Origin: Raillietiella orientalis
Lineage: Eukaryota
NCBI GenBank assembly: GCA_036172245.1
Contig: JAYWIR010000007.1
Span: 4,774,001-4,838,000 of the forward strand
Length of the DNA stretch: 64,000 bases
Direction of reading: 5' to 3'
Position 1 is the first letter of the stretch. Each line of letters starts with the position of its first letter. The notes under the pieces were generated by a model, which worked only from the letters and a program-made list of their open reading frames with translations, had not been told where the DNA came from and ran no database searches. The position numbers and the translations under genes were made by a program. Below are positions 13,500-27,049 of the stretch, one piece after another.

Positions 13500-15900
13500 T
13501 GGGCAGGAGCTCCAAGGTCAAGGGACGCCATATAAGAGTCCTCTCGGACAGTCGACTGGAGTCCGCCGGGGCATCGGAAGGATGGAATGTTTTTCTTGGA
13601 GCTCATCCAAGGGAAGAATCCTTTTTTAATGAGGGCAGATTATTCCATCCGCCCCATCCAGATTCTCAGACGCTGAGATCAGGACTAGACACGCACCCGG
13701 CGCATGCTGTCCCTTACTGATATCGGTGTCCATTTGCCAAAAGTCCTCAGCAGCTGGGAAGATTTCGGAAGCAAAGTGGTCCTGCAGCGCTTCCACCGTG
13801 AGAAAATCGCGCGACTTGTGAGATGCATCAGACGTTCCCGCCCAGGAGCTCTGCTTCGGCGTCCACCGATCTTAATCCGGAATCTAAGATTCCATCCAAT
13901 TCTGGAATGGAAGTTTCAGCATGTCTCAGCATCGATCTTGCCTCCTAGGACGGGAAAGAGATGAGATCGATCGGCGAGATGCTGGTTCGGTGATCTGTAA
14001 CCGTGTCCGTGTCCAGAGAGACAGAAAGATCTGGAACTTCTGCTCGGAGAATCACAAAAGAGCATTTCGACATTGTGCATGATCATTTCGCACCTGGTGT
14101 CCGGCGGCATGCCAGAAGTGATCCTCACCGCCCTTCTGACGAATCTCTGCAGTTCCTGGATTTCGGTTTGGAGCTCCTTTGAGCGTTTTATCTTCTCCAC
14201 GAAACATGCAACACCTTCCGTGCCCTACTCTTCTGTCAGAGACTCCTTGCCAAACGTTCATCTCTTTCCTAGGTAACGCTTTTGTTCTCTAGAAAAGAGC
14301 TGGACCAGATCTAGTCCTCCGCAAATAGGAAGAATAAATTTCATGCTTCCTTGCTTCCCGTCCTCTGTCGAGCACTTCCTTTTCTCTGTCCAGAGAGGCA
14401 CGAAATCCTTTTGAGTTGCTTCCTTCCAGTTGCCCGCGGTTCCCTGGAGCACCTTGAGTACTTCGAAAGGCAGCTTTGACCTTTTCAAACTGGGAATTCT
14501 ACTGGACCCGTTTCCAATGGGCCACCGAATTTGCTGGAGTGGTGGATGCGGTCTCGCCCACGTCTTCCACGGGTGTTTCATCAGTCGGTCCCTCCGTTCC
14601 GGAGGGGATGGACGGAGAATCCCTCAAGACTTCCTTCCTTGAGAAGTGTGGATGATATCCCATGGCTCAGATTCAGTTGCTCTCTCTGGTTGTTCCCGAA
14701 GTTCCGAAGGAACCTTCGAGGCTACCTGACAATCCGCAGATGCCCTCCTTTCCCGTACCTGCATCCCCTTTCCCAGGAACCGGGTTGATTCCAACTTTCC
14801 TGGGGCCTCGAACACTTCGTGCTCATCTACTCGACCGCTCCCCTCAGGGGGAAGTTGTAGGGTCGCTGCTCATCGGAGGAACCCCCGGCACAAGTCAGGT
14901 CAGTCCGACTGTATGCCCCATAGTGTGAAACGTTGCGGCTGGATAAGGCCATATCTTGTCTGGCCTGCCGCTTCCCCATTAAAGTACGACCTGCACCATC
15001 GGCTTATCGGAGGGAATAAGTTCACGTCCCGGGCAGCGATGCTCTGAGGACTTTCGTGTAGTGCCATTCGCCCTGCGCCTACGGCCCCGGTAGGACGCTG
15101 AGTTTCATTCATACCCCCATCTGCTCCTGGAGTTATGAACCGCGTGCTGCTGCTGCTGCGTCACTGGGATTATTTGGACTGCCAGTGACGCCCTTCTAAA
15201 ACCACATGCTCTGTTGGCGTGTGATGAATAAGCACTCGGGGGCGTTGCGCAGTAGGAGAGAGCGCAGCGGATACAGGCAAATCATCCAATCGTCTTCAAG
15301 AAGTGCCCGCTCGGTACTGACATTGGGAATGGACGCCGCAGAGGTTTGAAAAGTCCAAATCAAGCGACGGTCCTGCGTGGCATTGTGCCATTGCTTGATT
15401 CAAAGGGCGATCCCCCTTTACCGGTTGAAGATGGCAACCTTGTTCCAACTGACCCGGTGTCAGAAGCATGTGCAATGCAAAAGGTGAGGCCAAAAGCAAC
15501 CTGGTGCCCAGAAGGCGACCTTCCACGGAGACAGTGAGGGGGGGGGGAAAAAAAAGCCACACTGTCGTCGCCTCCGGGTTCAACCCCGCGACCTGAGGCT
15601 CGTTGATTCCAAAGTGCTGTCGGTACGTTGGAAAGTCACAGCACTGCGGCGGTATATATTCTGCTGGAGTGCAGCAGCGCCCACACACCCTGTACACCAC
15701 CGCCGAGCCGTGCAACATGAGGTCTTAGAATAATCCGAATAATCCCTGCATGAAGGATCGTCAGAAACCTCCAGATCGCAGCAAACTCTGGAGCACTCCA
15801 TAAGACAGATTATTGTGGTACTTTCCCTGCAAGCGTGTGCGCCCCTTCTAGTGAGTGTGCTGCTCTTGAGCATCAGATCGCGGCGTTCCTCGGAAACCCC
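13500..15900 (-). mobile_element. Decayed L1/Tx1-like ORF2 fragments (EN-RT linker; post-RT region)
   Basis: NWKEATQKDFVPLWTEKRK and QELQRFVRRAVRITSG look linker-like. IWRFL...PHVARLGGG resembles the FxW...GGLG region. Many stops and frameshifts. Confidence 0.4.
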
Positions 15901-16446
15901 ACCACGTGCATCTGAGTGGATTGATAACGTTTGGGGCTTGTGCTGATCAGAATTTCATCGGAAATGGACGGTGATCGCATGCGCTTACGATCGGGGCTTT
16001 CGAAGATTCCGCGGAACGCCATGGAACAACCCAAAGATCCCCTTGCATGCTGAATGAGTTCGTCGCAAAGAATAGCATCCTCCGGTTGACTATATTTTAA
16101 CGGACGTTATAACGACTATAATTATGATTAATTTAACGGACGTTTCACTGTCAAGTGAACCTTTGGGAAGGGAAATTGCGTCACCCGACCAGTAAGCATC
16201 GTGGTCTTGGGTTGTTCCATGCTAGCGGATGTTTGCCCGGACCTCTAGATTTTTGGCGCGTCGGCCACGAGTGTTTGGGAGCCGTGCGACGTGCTGATTC
16301 TACTGTTTCCCGCTATTCATATAAACTTAAAATGGTAGCGGCGGCAAAGTTCTGGGGCCGGAGCATTAGCAAACAAAAAAAACAAAAATGGTTATCCAAC
16401 AGTTGTCGAAAAGATGAACGTGGTCCGAATGAGACTGCTGCTATTG

Positions 16447-16580
16447 ATCGTCGTCCTGAGGGGAGGGGGACTCGGAAACCCCACGACGTACCCTCCATTC
16501 CCGGGGTCGATCCTCCACGTGGGTATTCGAACCCTCAACGCTTGGTACCATGCGCGGACACTGCAGCCAAGAAAATTTCC
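16447..16580 (-). mobile_element. tRNA-derived SINE, copy 2
   Basis: Nearly colinear with 13255-13380 (cctgaggggaggggactc...gatcctccacgtgggtattcgaacc...aacgcttggtacc...actgcagcca). Confidence 0.7.
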
Positions 16581-16878
16581 CATAATCAACAACCGCATCT
16601 TGGAACTGCTTTCTCGTGATTTTGCCGAAAATTCCCTTTTATAGAGTTCCAACTGCGTTTTGCACTCTGAAGGTGCGAGGACGCCTTCTCTTGCTGCCGG
16701 CTTTAGCTAGAGCTGTCGTGTGTTGAACGAAGTCTCCCGAATCGCGGAATTCCAATGTTCGATTCCTTTCGTCGCCGGACAACCAGATGGCAAATCATCC
16801 GGATTTCGAACTTCTGTGTTTTCAGAGTTCCTCATTAAACGATGATGTTCTTTCAGGTGCTCGTCCCGAACCAACCTG

Positions 16879-19389
16879 ATGGAAAACTGTGCAGTCTGTG
16901 GAGAGGAATCTTCGTTGCGCTGCAGCTCTTGCAAAGCAAGCTTTTATTGCAGCCAGGAGCATCAGAAGCTCCATTGGAAAGTTCACAAAAAAGTATGCAG
17001 GAAGTACAGAATGGAGTTCTCTGGTCATCTCGGTCCACACCTGGTTGCTTCCCGAAATCTGAAAGAGGGGTCTCTCCTCTTCATGGAGAGACCAGTAGTT
17101 ACCTGCTTAGAGGGCCTCGATCCCTTTGGACAAACCAACTTCTATTGCTTGGGATGCTTCCGGAAACTGGCTACCCTCATACGGCAGTGCAGCAAATGTT
17201 ACTGGCCCATTTGCTCTGAGCTGTGCGAGGAGAGCCCATACCATGTGCCGGAGTGCCAGCTGCTGTCGAATCCGCGAGCTGCGCGCGTCATCGATCACCT
17301 GCCCGTTGTGAGGCTCTTCTATTCCCTCCTGGTGCCTTTGTTCCGTATGCTGGTGCTCAAAACCCAGAAACCCGAGGAATTCGAAAGACTTTTGACTCTG
17401 CGCAACCACGAAGTATCCCAAGTCTTCGATGCCATGGAATCCTTCTTGCCCGTCGTCTACTTGTTCATAAGTGACGAAGAATTCGGTGAGGAGATGATCC
17501 TCGATCTGTGGAAGATCTTCTGCATAAACCAGATCCAGTTTGTGCATCCAACATTCAACGAAGAACGCGTCTTCTTGTTCTTGACCGGATCCTGCTTCGA
17601 GCCAAACTGCTGTGAAAACTGTGTGCTTTTCATGGACAGGAACAACATGGGCTACTTCCGCTGTTCTGTCGACATACCGAAGAACTCCAACCTGAAGATC
17701 TGCTTCGTCAATTCACTGTTGCCCACGCGAAAACGACAGGAGCTGATGATCCTGAAAGGCATCCTGTGCCGCTGCGAGCGCTGCTTGGATCCAACGGAGC
17801 TTGGCTCTTATGTTGGTGCCATCAAGTGTGCGAAGTGTAGCACAGGATTTTTGAATCCATGCGATCCCATGGCCCACAACACTATCTGGGCATGCGAAAA
17901 GTGTAATCACTTTGAAACCTACAGGGCTGTCACTAGGATTGACTCACACATAGAGGAAAAGTTACTGTCATTGAAATTTCCGTGTCATAAAGAAATCGCT
18001 CAAGACAATGTAATTGAACATGCGAGGTTACTGAGGATACAGATTGACACATTGGAAGAGTTTGCTCGCTACGCACTAACGCAGGTCCATCCTAATTACT
18101 GCTATATTATTCGCGCCTACGAAAGCCTGGTGACTGCATACTTGTATTTGGACACTTATGAGCCGCTAGGCTTGCAAGATCTCGAAACTGCTACGAATGT
18201 CATCCGGAGATTGCTGAACGTGAGGACGATCATCAAACCAGGTATCTCCACGAGAGCGGTGGTCGGGGCTCAGGAGCCACTTTGCTGGAGGTTCTTCTCC
18301 GTTCTCTCTGCATCCCCGTTCTCTCTCTCTCTCATTCCGTGGCGTGGCGCAACATGTCGCTCGAAAGGGCCGTGTGAGACGAACGTGCGTGAATGTCACC
18401 GACGGTGCGTCCAGGTACAGAACTCGCACAGCGCCAACGTGACCGCTGGCCGCGAGTGTGTGAGCGACTGCTTGTTACGGTGTCTCGTTGTCAACGGCTA
18501 CCCCGAAGTGGGAGGTTTATTGACTTCTTTTTCGTAGGATGCATGCAATTCTATCCCAGGCTGAGATACGAAGTCATCTTCCTGGAAAGAAGAATCGAGC
18601 GCATGAAGGTACGGGAGTTGGATGTGACGCCCGATCCAAAAGAGAAGGTACGTAGTGCTTCTTCCAATTGGATTTCTCGCTCCGTTTCTTGCACACGCTT
18701 GCGCGGCATTCTCTTCGGCAAGCGATGGGATGAAGAATGGAACTGCTGCAGCGTTGGGAGGAACCTTTTTTGTATCTTCTCTGCTTGTATCCCTTTACTG
18801 GCTTTTCTCTGCGTCTCGTCGCAAGAAACGGCTTGCCCTCTTGAGATGGTGACAAGGACGAGGGGGCATTGGCGGTGCAGTGCTGCGTCCTCGAGTGCAA
18901 GCACTGGGAACATGGCGCACGGAACCAACCAGGTCATGGAGTTCGTTGCTTCCCAGAAACGCGTACGCGCGGGCTGCGGGTTTGTGCAGCCAAAAGGCCT
19001 CTCACGTGGGGCCTCTTTAAAACTCTTCGCAAAGACACCACCGCAAGAGCGTTCTTTGCATCGTCTGAACCTCATCGACAAGGTGCTGGTCGAGCCGAAT
19101 TCTGAGTCCCTGACAACGCTCTGGGGCACGTGTTCACTCGTGAAACTCTCTGCTTCGGTGTTCTGCGGGGCACTGCCAACGTTCTCCATGAAGCGGATGC
19201 CGGTGACTTTCTCTGTTTCAGGAAGAGATGCTGAAAATCTACGTTGACGATCTGAAACGTTGCTTGGAGATGCTGGAATTCGATCCGTGCTTGGACTCGA
19301 AACTCCAACAGGAGATGCAGAGTCTTCTTGAAGAGATCGAGGCGGAACTGCTATTTGAAAAGATTCGACTGGACGAGGAGGATTCCTGA
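16879..19389 (+). CDS. SMYD/SmydA-type MYND zinc finger + SET domain protein; probable exons 16879-18241, 18538-18647, 19222-19389 (546 aa)
   Basis: N-terminal MYND finger CAVC...CSSC...YCSQEHQKLHWKVHKKVC, split SET domain with an inserted second MYND-like finger, post-SET CRCERCLDPTELGSY, and an HPNY C-terminal helical domain. The first donor site is inferred from phase. Confidence 0.88.
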
Positions 19390-19499
19390 ATGCCCGGTTG
19401 CTCGCCGCTTCCGGAAACGCCTTCGTTTCCTTTAGAACGAAAGAGACTTTGTTGCAGGAGGCTGGTCTCTCGTCCTTTTTGAAACGACTAAAGGATAAT

Positions 19500-20600
19500 A
19501 AAGGTTATCTTAATAAAGGATACTGGGAAAGAATGCTTGTTTTTGTTTTCCTGCTCGTTGGAGCTGTCGATGCTGCCAGTGGCTCATAAAGCAGCCAAAC
19601 GTCGTGGCGGTTTTTCAAGAGCAAATGTGGAATTCCAAAGTTCCCCGATTCCTTTTGATTTGCACCCTGTGCGTTGTGTCTCGTGGGTCGTTCGCCACGA
19701 TGCGTCCAACAGTCCATCATTCCAGGCAACTGCAACATCCAAGTGGCAATGCACAAGGGAGGCACAAAAAAGTGCTCAAAGCAACCGCACCTGTGTTACG
19801 GCGCCTACCTGCATCTTGCAGAGTGGTGAAGCTCGCAGAAACGGACATCGCGGTCGGTTCGACCCCGAGCGTGCTCTCGTGACCGCGAACGCGGCGCTTC
19901 TGTCGTCGTGCACCTCTACAGTCATGTCTTCGTCGGAAAAGAAAAGACGCACCGGCATGCACTGCGTTCCTGCTAGGCAGCAAAGGTGCTGCTTGCAGCG
20001 ATGACTGCTACGTTGACATCCGCAACTGCCGCGACACTCATGATGCTCGTTTCGACTGGTGGGCATTAGGTCTATCTCTTCAGGAGTCCGCGCATGCCAC
20101 TCTGCCGTGGATGCTGGGTGTTCGCTTGTCGCAGTTGTTTAACGGAAGAGGCATTTCTTGAGCATATCGCTCCGGCGATGAGCACCAGCTCGGCTGCCTG
20201 CATTGGGCAGCGTTCCAATCATCGCTGCCCCCCGCATGGTCCGGCAAGAAGCCTCACCTTAGGCCTCGGCTGTCTGTTCTCCAGAGTTCTTTGCCCCGCC
20301 TAGGCAGAGTGAATGCCGCTGCTGCGACAATTTTTGTGTGTCCAGAGCGGAGTGCCCGTTCCAGCAGAAAGCGCATGTCAACCGACCTCCCGGGTTTCCG
20401 GGTGTGTCCTCGCAGCTCGCGACTCGTAACCACGTCTCGCGTAAACCGGCACCAACGCCGTATCCAGTTCTCGGCCGTCAAGGCCATCATCCTAAACCGG
20501 AGCTGTGCATTCAAAGCCAGTGGAAACGCAAGAGGGATGGAAACTTCACATGGATGCATTTATAGGAAAGGTGCCAGCTGCCTAAGTAACGCAAGTAGTA
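19500..20600 (-). mobile_element. Possible MULE-type DNA transposase relic
   Basis: W..H....PTRHNAQG.N....PH......DVWLLYEPL resembles the MULE C-terminal RTNNxxEGWH...HP.IW motif. Heavily degraded. Confidence 0.3.
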
Positions 20601-20639
20601 CCCCTTGACCGACTAAACCGATTCCTCATCCTAAAGTAA

Positions 20640-21660
20640 TCCCGAAATTTAGGATGCGGCAGAACAAGATCGATTGGGGGACACGGAGAAGAGAAACGAG
20701 CAGATGGTTAAGCAGTCGGAGTGGTAGCTCCTCAACCACCTCGGAAGGATAACCACAATAGCACTGTTGCATGGTTCGGTTTTAAGGGTTTTGCTTGATG
20801 CAAAAGTTTGATCCATTTTCCCAACCGGAGCCGAACAACTGGAGACGACTTCATCGTGAGGCTTTCCTTGGCAACAGAAAATTTTGGTCATCGCCTCCTT
20901 ACCTTTAGTCTCGTCAGCCTGGCTTTCCCGTTTCTTCAAAGAACCTACGTTTCTCCTAGAGGCGGCACGCTGTCCACATCAAGTCCAGTATCCCGATGGA
21001 ATGTGGTCCTCAGCACCCACGAATCTCCATAACAGTGTAGGGGGGGATTCGAGCGAGGCTATCTGGACGGGTGCAGGTAGAGAGAGAGAGACAGGTCGAG
21101 CACAGGTCTGCCAGAGATGCGAGAATCAACTCAAGATGGATGCTGGATGCAGCACGAGTCTTAGAGCGATCCTCTCCTCCTTACAGCATGCGTCTAGGAA
21201 AACAAACGCTGAGGAGCGCACAGCACAGCTCACAGCGAATGCACAGAAGCCAGAAAGAAAGATCCGTCGGAAGCAAGGCACTCTAAAGGTTCCCGCAGAA
21301 TGCCCAGGGCTCGCGTAGTCCATCGTTTGAGGCAGATCGACTGCAATCGCCAGGATAAATCCGAAGAATCCATTTGCTCGAAGCCTCACTTGCGTAGGAC
21401 TCTCCCTAACGATCCTCCTGTGCAACCCTTTGCTGTAGTCGAGACCAGATCTTTGCGAAGAGGAGGTGGGGGAGGGGAGAGACCTCTATGCTCCTCCTGG
21501 GAACAGTGCATGTCTCGCCTGGGATGACCTAGAGACCCTCTATCCTTCGAAGGCTCCCCTTCCTAAGGTTCAGAGATGCTGGCTCGGGCGCCAATCACTC
21601 GGGTTCTGCAAGTTCCCTCGTCGGACGAGCAGAGCAGACTTGATGACTCCGTTGCGGAAG
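20640..21660 (+). mobile_element. Decayed L1/Tx1-like ORF2 EN-RT linker fragment
   Basis: RSARDARINSRW...ERSSPPY (GAxIRSR...E.PS.YF-like) and VPSSDEQSRLDDSV. Confidence 0.4.
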
Positions 21661-21676
21661 GGAAGGCAGATTTTCT

Positions 21677-22900
21677 CACCCGGTCACGATGGGGGGTTTA
21701 TTTTATAAAAAAGATAAACCAGCTGGGAACAAAGCTCCCAGCCGACGACAAAACAAGCAAAGGAGAGGGTCCACGGCACGCTGGCCGGGATAATGAAAGT
21801 TCGGAACGGGGCAGGGGACAACCAAAAAGAAAATTAAATGCGACGGGATGGGACAGGGGTTTTTGGGATCGCTCTGGGAGGCACTGGAATAAAAACAAGA
21901 ACACCGGGAAAGGTGCGGAGCGAATGAGGATGGAGAATGAAAAAAAAAAAAAGAGTGGGAGGGTGCAAGGTTCACCTGGGTCCGCCGTTCTTAGCTGTCC
22001 GTCAACCAGCGGATCCAGTGGATGCCGGTGATCTCCTCCTTTGCTCTTCCTTCCAGGTGAGACCACCTTGCAACCGCTTCATGTAGGCAGCTGCCAGACC
22101 GTGGACATCCCTTCGCTGAGCTCTCGTCTCCATTACGTAGCGGGTCTCAACCAGGGAGCGAATGCAACTGATTGATGAGACCACCGCTCCACCTGAAAGC
22201 CCACTGCGTATGAAAAAACGCCGCAGCAGGTCCTTCGCAGAGTCCTCATGGAGAGGGACGGTGGTTAAAGCCAGCCTCCGCCACAGTTCTCGGAGGGCAC
22301 CGCAGGTGCGAAAACGATTCGATCATCCCGTAAATCGAGCAGTTCTAGCAGGCAGTTACTCCGGAAACGATGCATCGGCTCTGATTGCACTGGAATCCCC
22401 AGTGTAAAAACAGCAGCACGTCCTGTTTCCATCGTAAGGGGAACACGGAAGTGTCCAAACAAGCGGAAGGGACCACTAGTTCTTCTAGAGGCACACTTAA
22501 CAGTTTGCTCCACTGGAGAAGTCCCTTAGTTCCATTCTGAGGACTGGAGGCATGCACCAGATCCTTTGTCTTCCATCCGCCAAGGAGCTTGTTCTCTCCT
22601 TCAATGGCTCAGAACTCCCACCCCGCCGGTAGGCAACTGTCATTGCTCGCGCTTAGGGAAGACAGCGCTGAGGAAGGGGGCGTGATGGCTAGGAGATTCC
22701 ACTTCTTGTCCTGCATGACGTCTTCCAGAGAGTGACTCAGCAGAAGTCACAGACCTCGAAGATCTTCCGGGAGCATTCCTATGTTAGCAGCCCATGACGC
22801 AACGGCCTCCCGCCGCCATGCATCGAAGCTCTAGGGCGGCAGGTCGAGGAGGGACGGAGATGGAGATAGGCGTGGTCGCCAGTTTAGAGTTTCGAGCATC
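21677..22900 (-). mobile_element. 5'-truncated L1/Tx1-like copy
   Basis: FPLRWKQDVLLFLHWGFQC (zf-RVT homolog, ~22385-22445), T-rich 3'UTR and terminal AATAAA+hairpin motif at 21677-21702. Confidence 0.6.
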
Positions 22901-23572
22901 AACTCTCTATTGTTCAGAGGCGACATCTCCTGGTGAATGAGATAGGGCCCGTTTCGAAAACTAAAAGTTGACCGCTGTCCTTCAATCTAGCACGTCAATG
23001 CGACTTTAGGGAATGGCATTCGAAATTGAGGAAAAAAACTTCACTATTACTTTCCGGCTACAGATCTCTGCTTCCTGCCCCTAACATCCTCATCCATGGA
23101 ATGCCTTCTGGAAACCCACCTACTGGAATGAAAGAAGGCAGGATGCTGAAGACCTCCGTCTCAGTTTTTTGCATACCGACTGGACACCGAACTTGTGGAG
23201 CCTCCCCCTGTATGTGTGTGGGGTGGCTGTTATGGATGGCGTTGCCATGTCGGTCCACTCTCGGACCCGTCCACTGTCTGCACCAAGCTTCGAGCGCGAG
23301 AGTGTGCGTCCGCAGCTTCCGAGCTTGATTTCCTGCGTCCGTCGTCATTCGCGTGGAGGGGAATCAAGGAATGCAAACAGAAGGTTTTTTTTTCCGCGCA
23401 TGCCAACTCAAGCGAACTCCAATCCACCTGCGTTTCCTTGGCTACCGGAGATGTGCCGATCATCTCCTTCCTTTCACTGTCGCCAATTTTTCCTTTTCTC
23501 GTATCCTTCAAGAACAAACACAGTTCTTCTTCACCGAGAGCTGCCCTGACTCTGCGAAGTCCGATCTCCAAC

Positions 23573-25448
23573 ATGGAACATTACAAGATCATCATCAGCA
23601 AGTTTGAAAAGTGCCAATTCTGTGGGAGGACGTTTTTTCCAGAACGGGTGCGTCGCCACGAGGAAATATGTGGGAAGTATCGCCCTCCGGTCCAGAAGTA
23701 CGATTCCAAGTTCCACAGGACCAGGCACCTTCCTTTGCTGTACGATGAGTACGCACCTGTTAGAAGAACTGAACTCCTGCTGAAGGTATAGACGCCTTCG
23801 GCGCCCTATGATCCTTCACTTCGTTGCTGGCTCCAGCTGTGACGATTTAGGCGGCTTCTCATAACCGTGGTGCTTTTGCCTCCGGCAACGCTTCCGCCGC
23901 CTGTGAGGCGGAGCCGACATGTCATCTGTGCTCGGTCTGCGCGTGCACTGTCATCCCGCTACAGGTGCCCTGAGACGAACTTTCCCACATTGGATCCCCG
24001 GCTATAGGCAGCTGCAGTCCTCTGGAAAGCTCCTCCTGTTCTCTGGTAACGAGGGTGGCCTCCGCCGCGCAGCTTTCTCCACCCCTTCCAACCAAGCAGG
24101 GCGGCGTACAGACCGACGCATCCTCGCTACACTCTAAGAAACTCAGTCATCCCTTTGCCCGTGACGGTCTTCTCTACTCCCTCTGCGGTCTCCTGTGTAT
24201 CACTCGACAGGTTTCGGAAGAAACATGCGGTAACCTGAGTTATCGGGTGTTCCTCGTCTTGATTCTCTCCTCTGACCTCTGTGAGAACAAGGATGCTTCG
24301 TGCTCCAGATGCCGAGTGCTTGAATTGTCGGCACATCAAGACCAGCTCACTCGGCCTCGGCGGGAACGAGCGAGCCTCCGTTTCCGTCTTCTTTTCGAGA
24401 GTCCTGGATGTTGGGATGCAGCATTCAGCACGCTCGAAAATATCTCTTCGTAGTCTTCCTCACTCGTGGTGATGGGCTCTCAGCACGAGGAGCGGGCTAT
24501 CCCTCGGTCAGCTATCAAGCCACTCCTCACGTTTTCTCGAAGATTGGGGTTTCGCCTGCGTCGCGTGAATCGAATGTTCTTGGAGGACCTCGGACCTCGG
24601 TGTGGAAAAAATTTCCTTTCCGCTCTAGGAGCAATGCCTCCACGACGCGAGGGAGGGGGCGTGAAGAGGAAGTGCTTGGCGTCTAAGGGCCTTAGGGTGA
24701 CAGAACCTCGTAGCCGCAGCATACAGGCGGTCGACGGTTGCGCGAACCTCAGAGAGATGATTGCTCGCGCGTCTCGATCTTCAGCCTTTCTCCGGAAGCG
24801 TTGGAACTCTTTGCTACTGCCCCATGCATTTCTGGAGGTTCAAGTTGGATTCTCTCTCGAAGATCGACTCGAGAAGGATGCTCAGAGAATCGATCGCTTC
24901 AGGAAGGAAAAGCATGAGGAGCGGAACATCTTTTCGCACTACACTGACCGTGACGTTACCTAATGAAAGGACGCGGGGATGGAAGCATCACACTTATCCT
25001 TTCGATGGACCGGCACCTACAACCTGGGAACCGGAAGATCTTCCGCAGTCTTCCGAGAGAAACGACGCCGGTCATCCTCCAGGAGACAGCCAGTGGGCAA
25101 AAGAAGACGAAGAACCGCCTTCGGCTAGAGCAGAACGAGAGGGTAGGTGGATTTCATCATCATACCAGATGTGCATCCGGCAATTCCGACGTTTTCCTCT
25201 TCCAAGATAAGCGATCAACAATTGACGAGTGGTCGTCTCTAACGGAAGAGACTCTGGAAAATGCGGAACGCGAAGGAGCGGTGCCCGATGCCCTCCCAGG
25301 CGTTCCGTCAAGTGCGCAGTCGGTGCCACCGATGCCTCCCTCCTCCCGAGATTTGCGACCGACAGAGGCGGAGCTGCCCGCAGGGATATCCTCAGAACTG
25401 GAGGAGCCGCTGCTGGAAAATGTGCAGCCATCCTCCGAGATCTCATGA
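23573..25448 (+). CDS. C2HC-type zinc finger protein (ZC2HC1-like N-terminus); probable exons 23573-23785, 24845-25142, 25207-25448 (250 aa)
   Basis: CQFCGRTFFPERVRRHEEIC followed by QKYDSKFHR matches the zf-C2HC_2 + FDS..R pattern. The downstream exons join in phase through GT-AG introns but encode low-complexity sequence. Confidence 0.65.
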
Positions 25449-26779
25449 CGGAAGCGGTTGAACCGTTTTCTAAACTCGCAACAAGCGGAGACCGCAGCAG
25501 CCGAGGGCTGTCCTTCAGGAGGCAGCAGGGAGGGCTCTCTCCACTTCCCGCCATCATGAGCCGAAGTCCTTCGCTCAAGTAAAAGAACCCTTCGCTCCGT
25601 CCTCCGTCAAGCATGAAGTGCATCGAGGTCGCCCTACGAACTGTCCGGTGCTGAGCTCGCACCTGCACCAGGCAGGTGCGAGCTCTCTTACGCGTCCAGC
25701 CTCCGCAGCAATTGAGTGGGAGTTTTGCCGAGTCCCCGCAAATCGTTGCAGAGACGGAGCATCCGCTCGGCGCTGCTGGAACGCAAACCAGCTGATCTCA
25801 CAGTGCACATCGTCATCATCTCGGGGCAAGGGCCCCTCTCGGCGGGGTTGTGGCAGTCTCTGCCCAGTAACCCTTGAGAGGCGTCGCGTTTCCATCCAGC
25901 CCGCGAGCTCGCCGCTTCCGTTCGCGGGTCTCTCGTCATCCTTGTGCGAGCAAGCAGTAGTTCGGGTTGGTTGGTCCTGTGGGGATCGTATGCGGTCCGA
26001 GTCGAGCGTTCACTACCCAACAATCCCCCTTCCTGGCAGCCACTCCCGAATTCCCGCATCCACTCCCCCCTGCCGCAGGGACGCTGACCCCTCTCACATA
26101 TCGACTGACGAGCACCTGCCGTTAAGGCGCGGAACGCAACGAGTTTCGCTGTGGGCCGAGCCAAGTGACCCCACAGAAACTTCTCACCCAACCAGTGGTT
26201 TGCGACGCAGGGAGATCTTCCTGGGAGCACCGGACGATACGATGGATGACCCCACAGATTCTCCAGCAACGATGCCCGTGAGGCTTCAACATTTCCTGGC
26301 GCTGCTAATCCACTGGACCCCGCACAGGAACTATCTCTCGTGCCGTGTGCTACAGGGTGGAATGGGCTCCGGCTGTCTGCCCTGCAGTGATGAAGGGAAC
26401 GAGGAAAGGTCCCCTCATCACTGCACCACCTTTCCTCGTTCGCTCTCCGACCCAGTGCCGCGTCCTGCAAGAAGGAAAGTGGCACATGGCCTGCCACCTT
26501 GGAACCCGAAAGAATCTGTTCAAACGGTTCTCCCGCGACGGCGGTCTCCGGAAAGCGGCAAAGACCACAGTTGCGATAGCCTGGCGCTCGAAGGATACCA
26601 GAAGAGAAAGGTCGAAACCCTCCAGGTGTGCAAAAGACTGCTGCGTACAGCGCGCAAATGTACATATCTGGAGAGAAAAGATCGAGAGGGTACACCGGCT
26701 GATCCTCAGGCAGCAGAATCCCGGTAGCACCCTCTCTCAAAGCCTCACCCTTACCCCCGCCCGCCCGCCCGCCCGCGCT

Positions 26780-26935
26780 GGAGGCCGTGTGGCTGCGTTC
26801 TCCGCTCGTGGCGTACCAAGCGTTGCGGGTTCGAATCCCACCCCAAGGAGGTATCGATTCCGAGCACTGGGTGCGTCGTGGATTTCGAGTTCCCTCGCAA
26901 GATGATGCTGGTTGGTCTGTTAGGGTGCGGCACTG
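26780..26935 (+). mobile_element. tRNA-derived SINE, copy 3
   Basis: B-box GGTTCGAATCC at 26828-26838 and A-box-like TGGCTGCGTT. Reverse-complement homolog of copies 1 and 2, preceded by a (CCGC)n tract. Confidence 0.65.
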
Positions 26936-27049
26936 GCGGAAGATGCCGGAAACTGGATGCCCCCGTTGACTAGCTTCCGGGATCGTAAGTTGACCCTCTG
27001 CAGTCCTTCCAGGACATCAAAGAGTCATTCGGGATTCCCCTCAGGTTGC

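Noticed and set aside
18242..18537. C-terminal ~98 aa of the 552-aa ORF as coding sequence
   Set aside because: Loses SMYD character and ends in a pyrimidine tract plus AG. Interpreted as intron read-through.
25618..26740. Overlapping 369-aa (+) and 350-aa (-) ORFs
   Set aside because: No recognisable motifs. Stop-poor GC-rich DNA, probably another retroelement relic, though I could not assign it firmly.
26780..26850. Functional tRNA gene
   Set aside because: Has a B-box but no full cloverleaf, and continues into a body shared with two other copies, so it is treated as a SINE.
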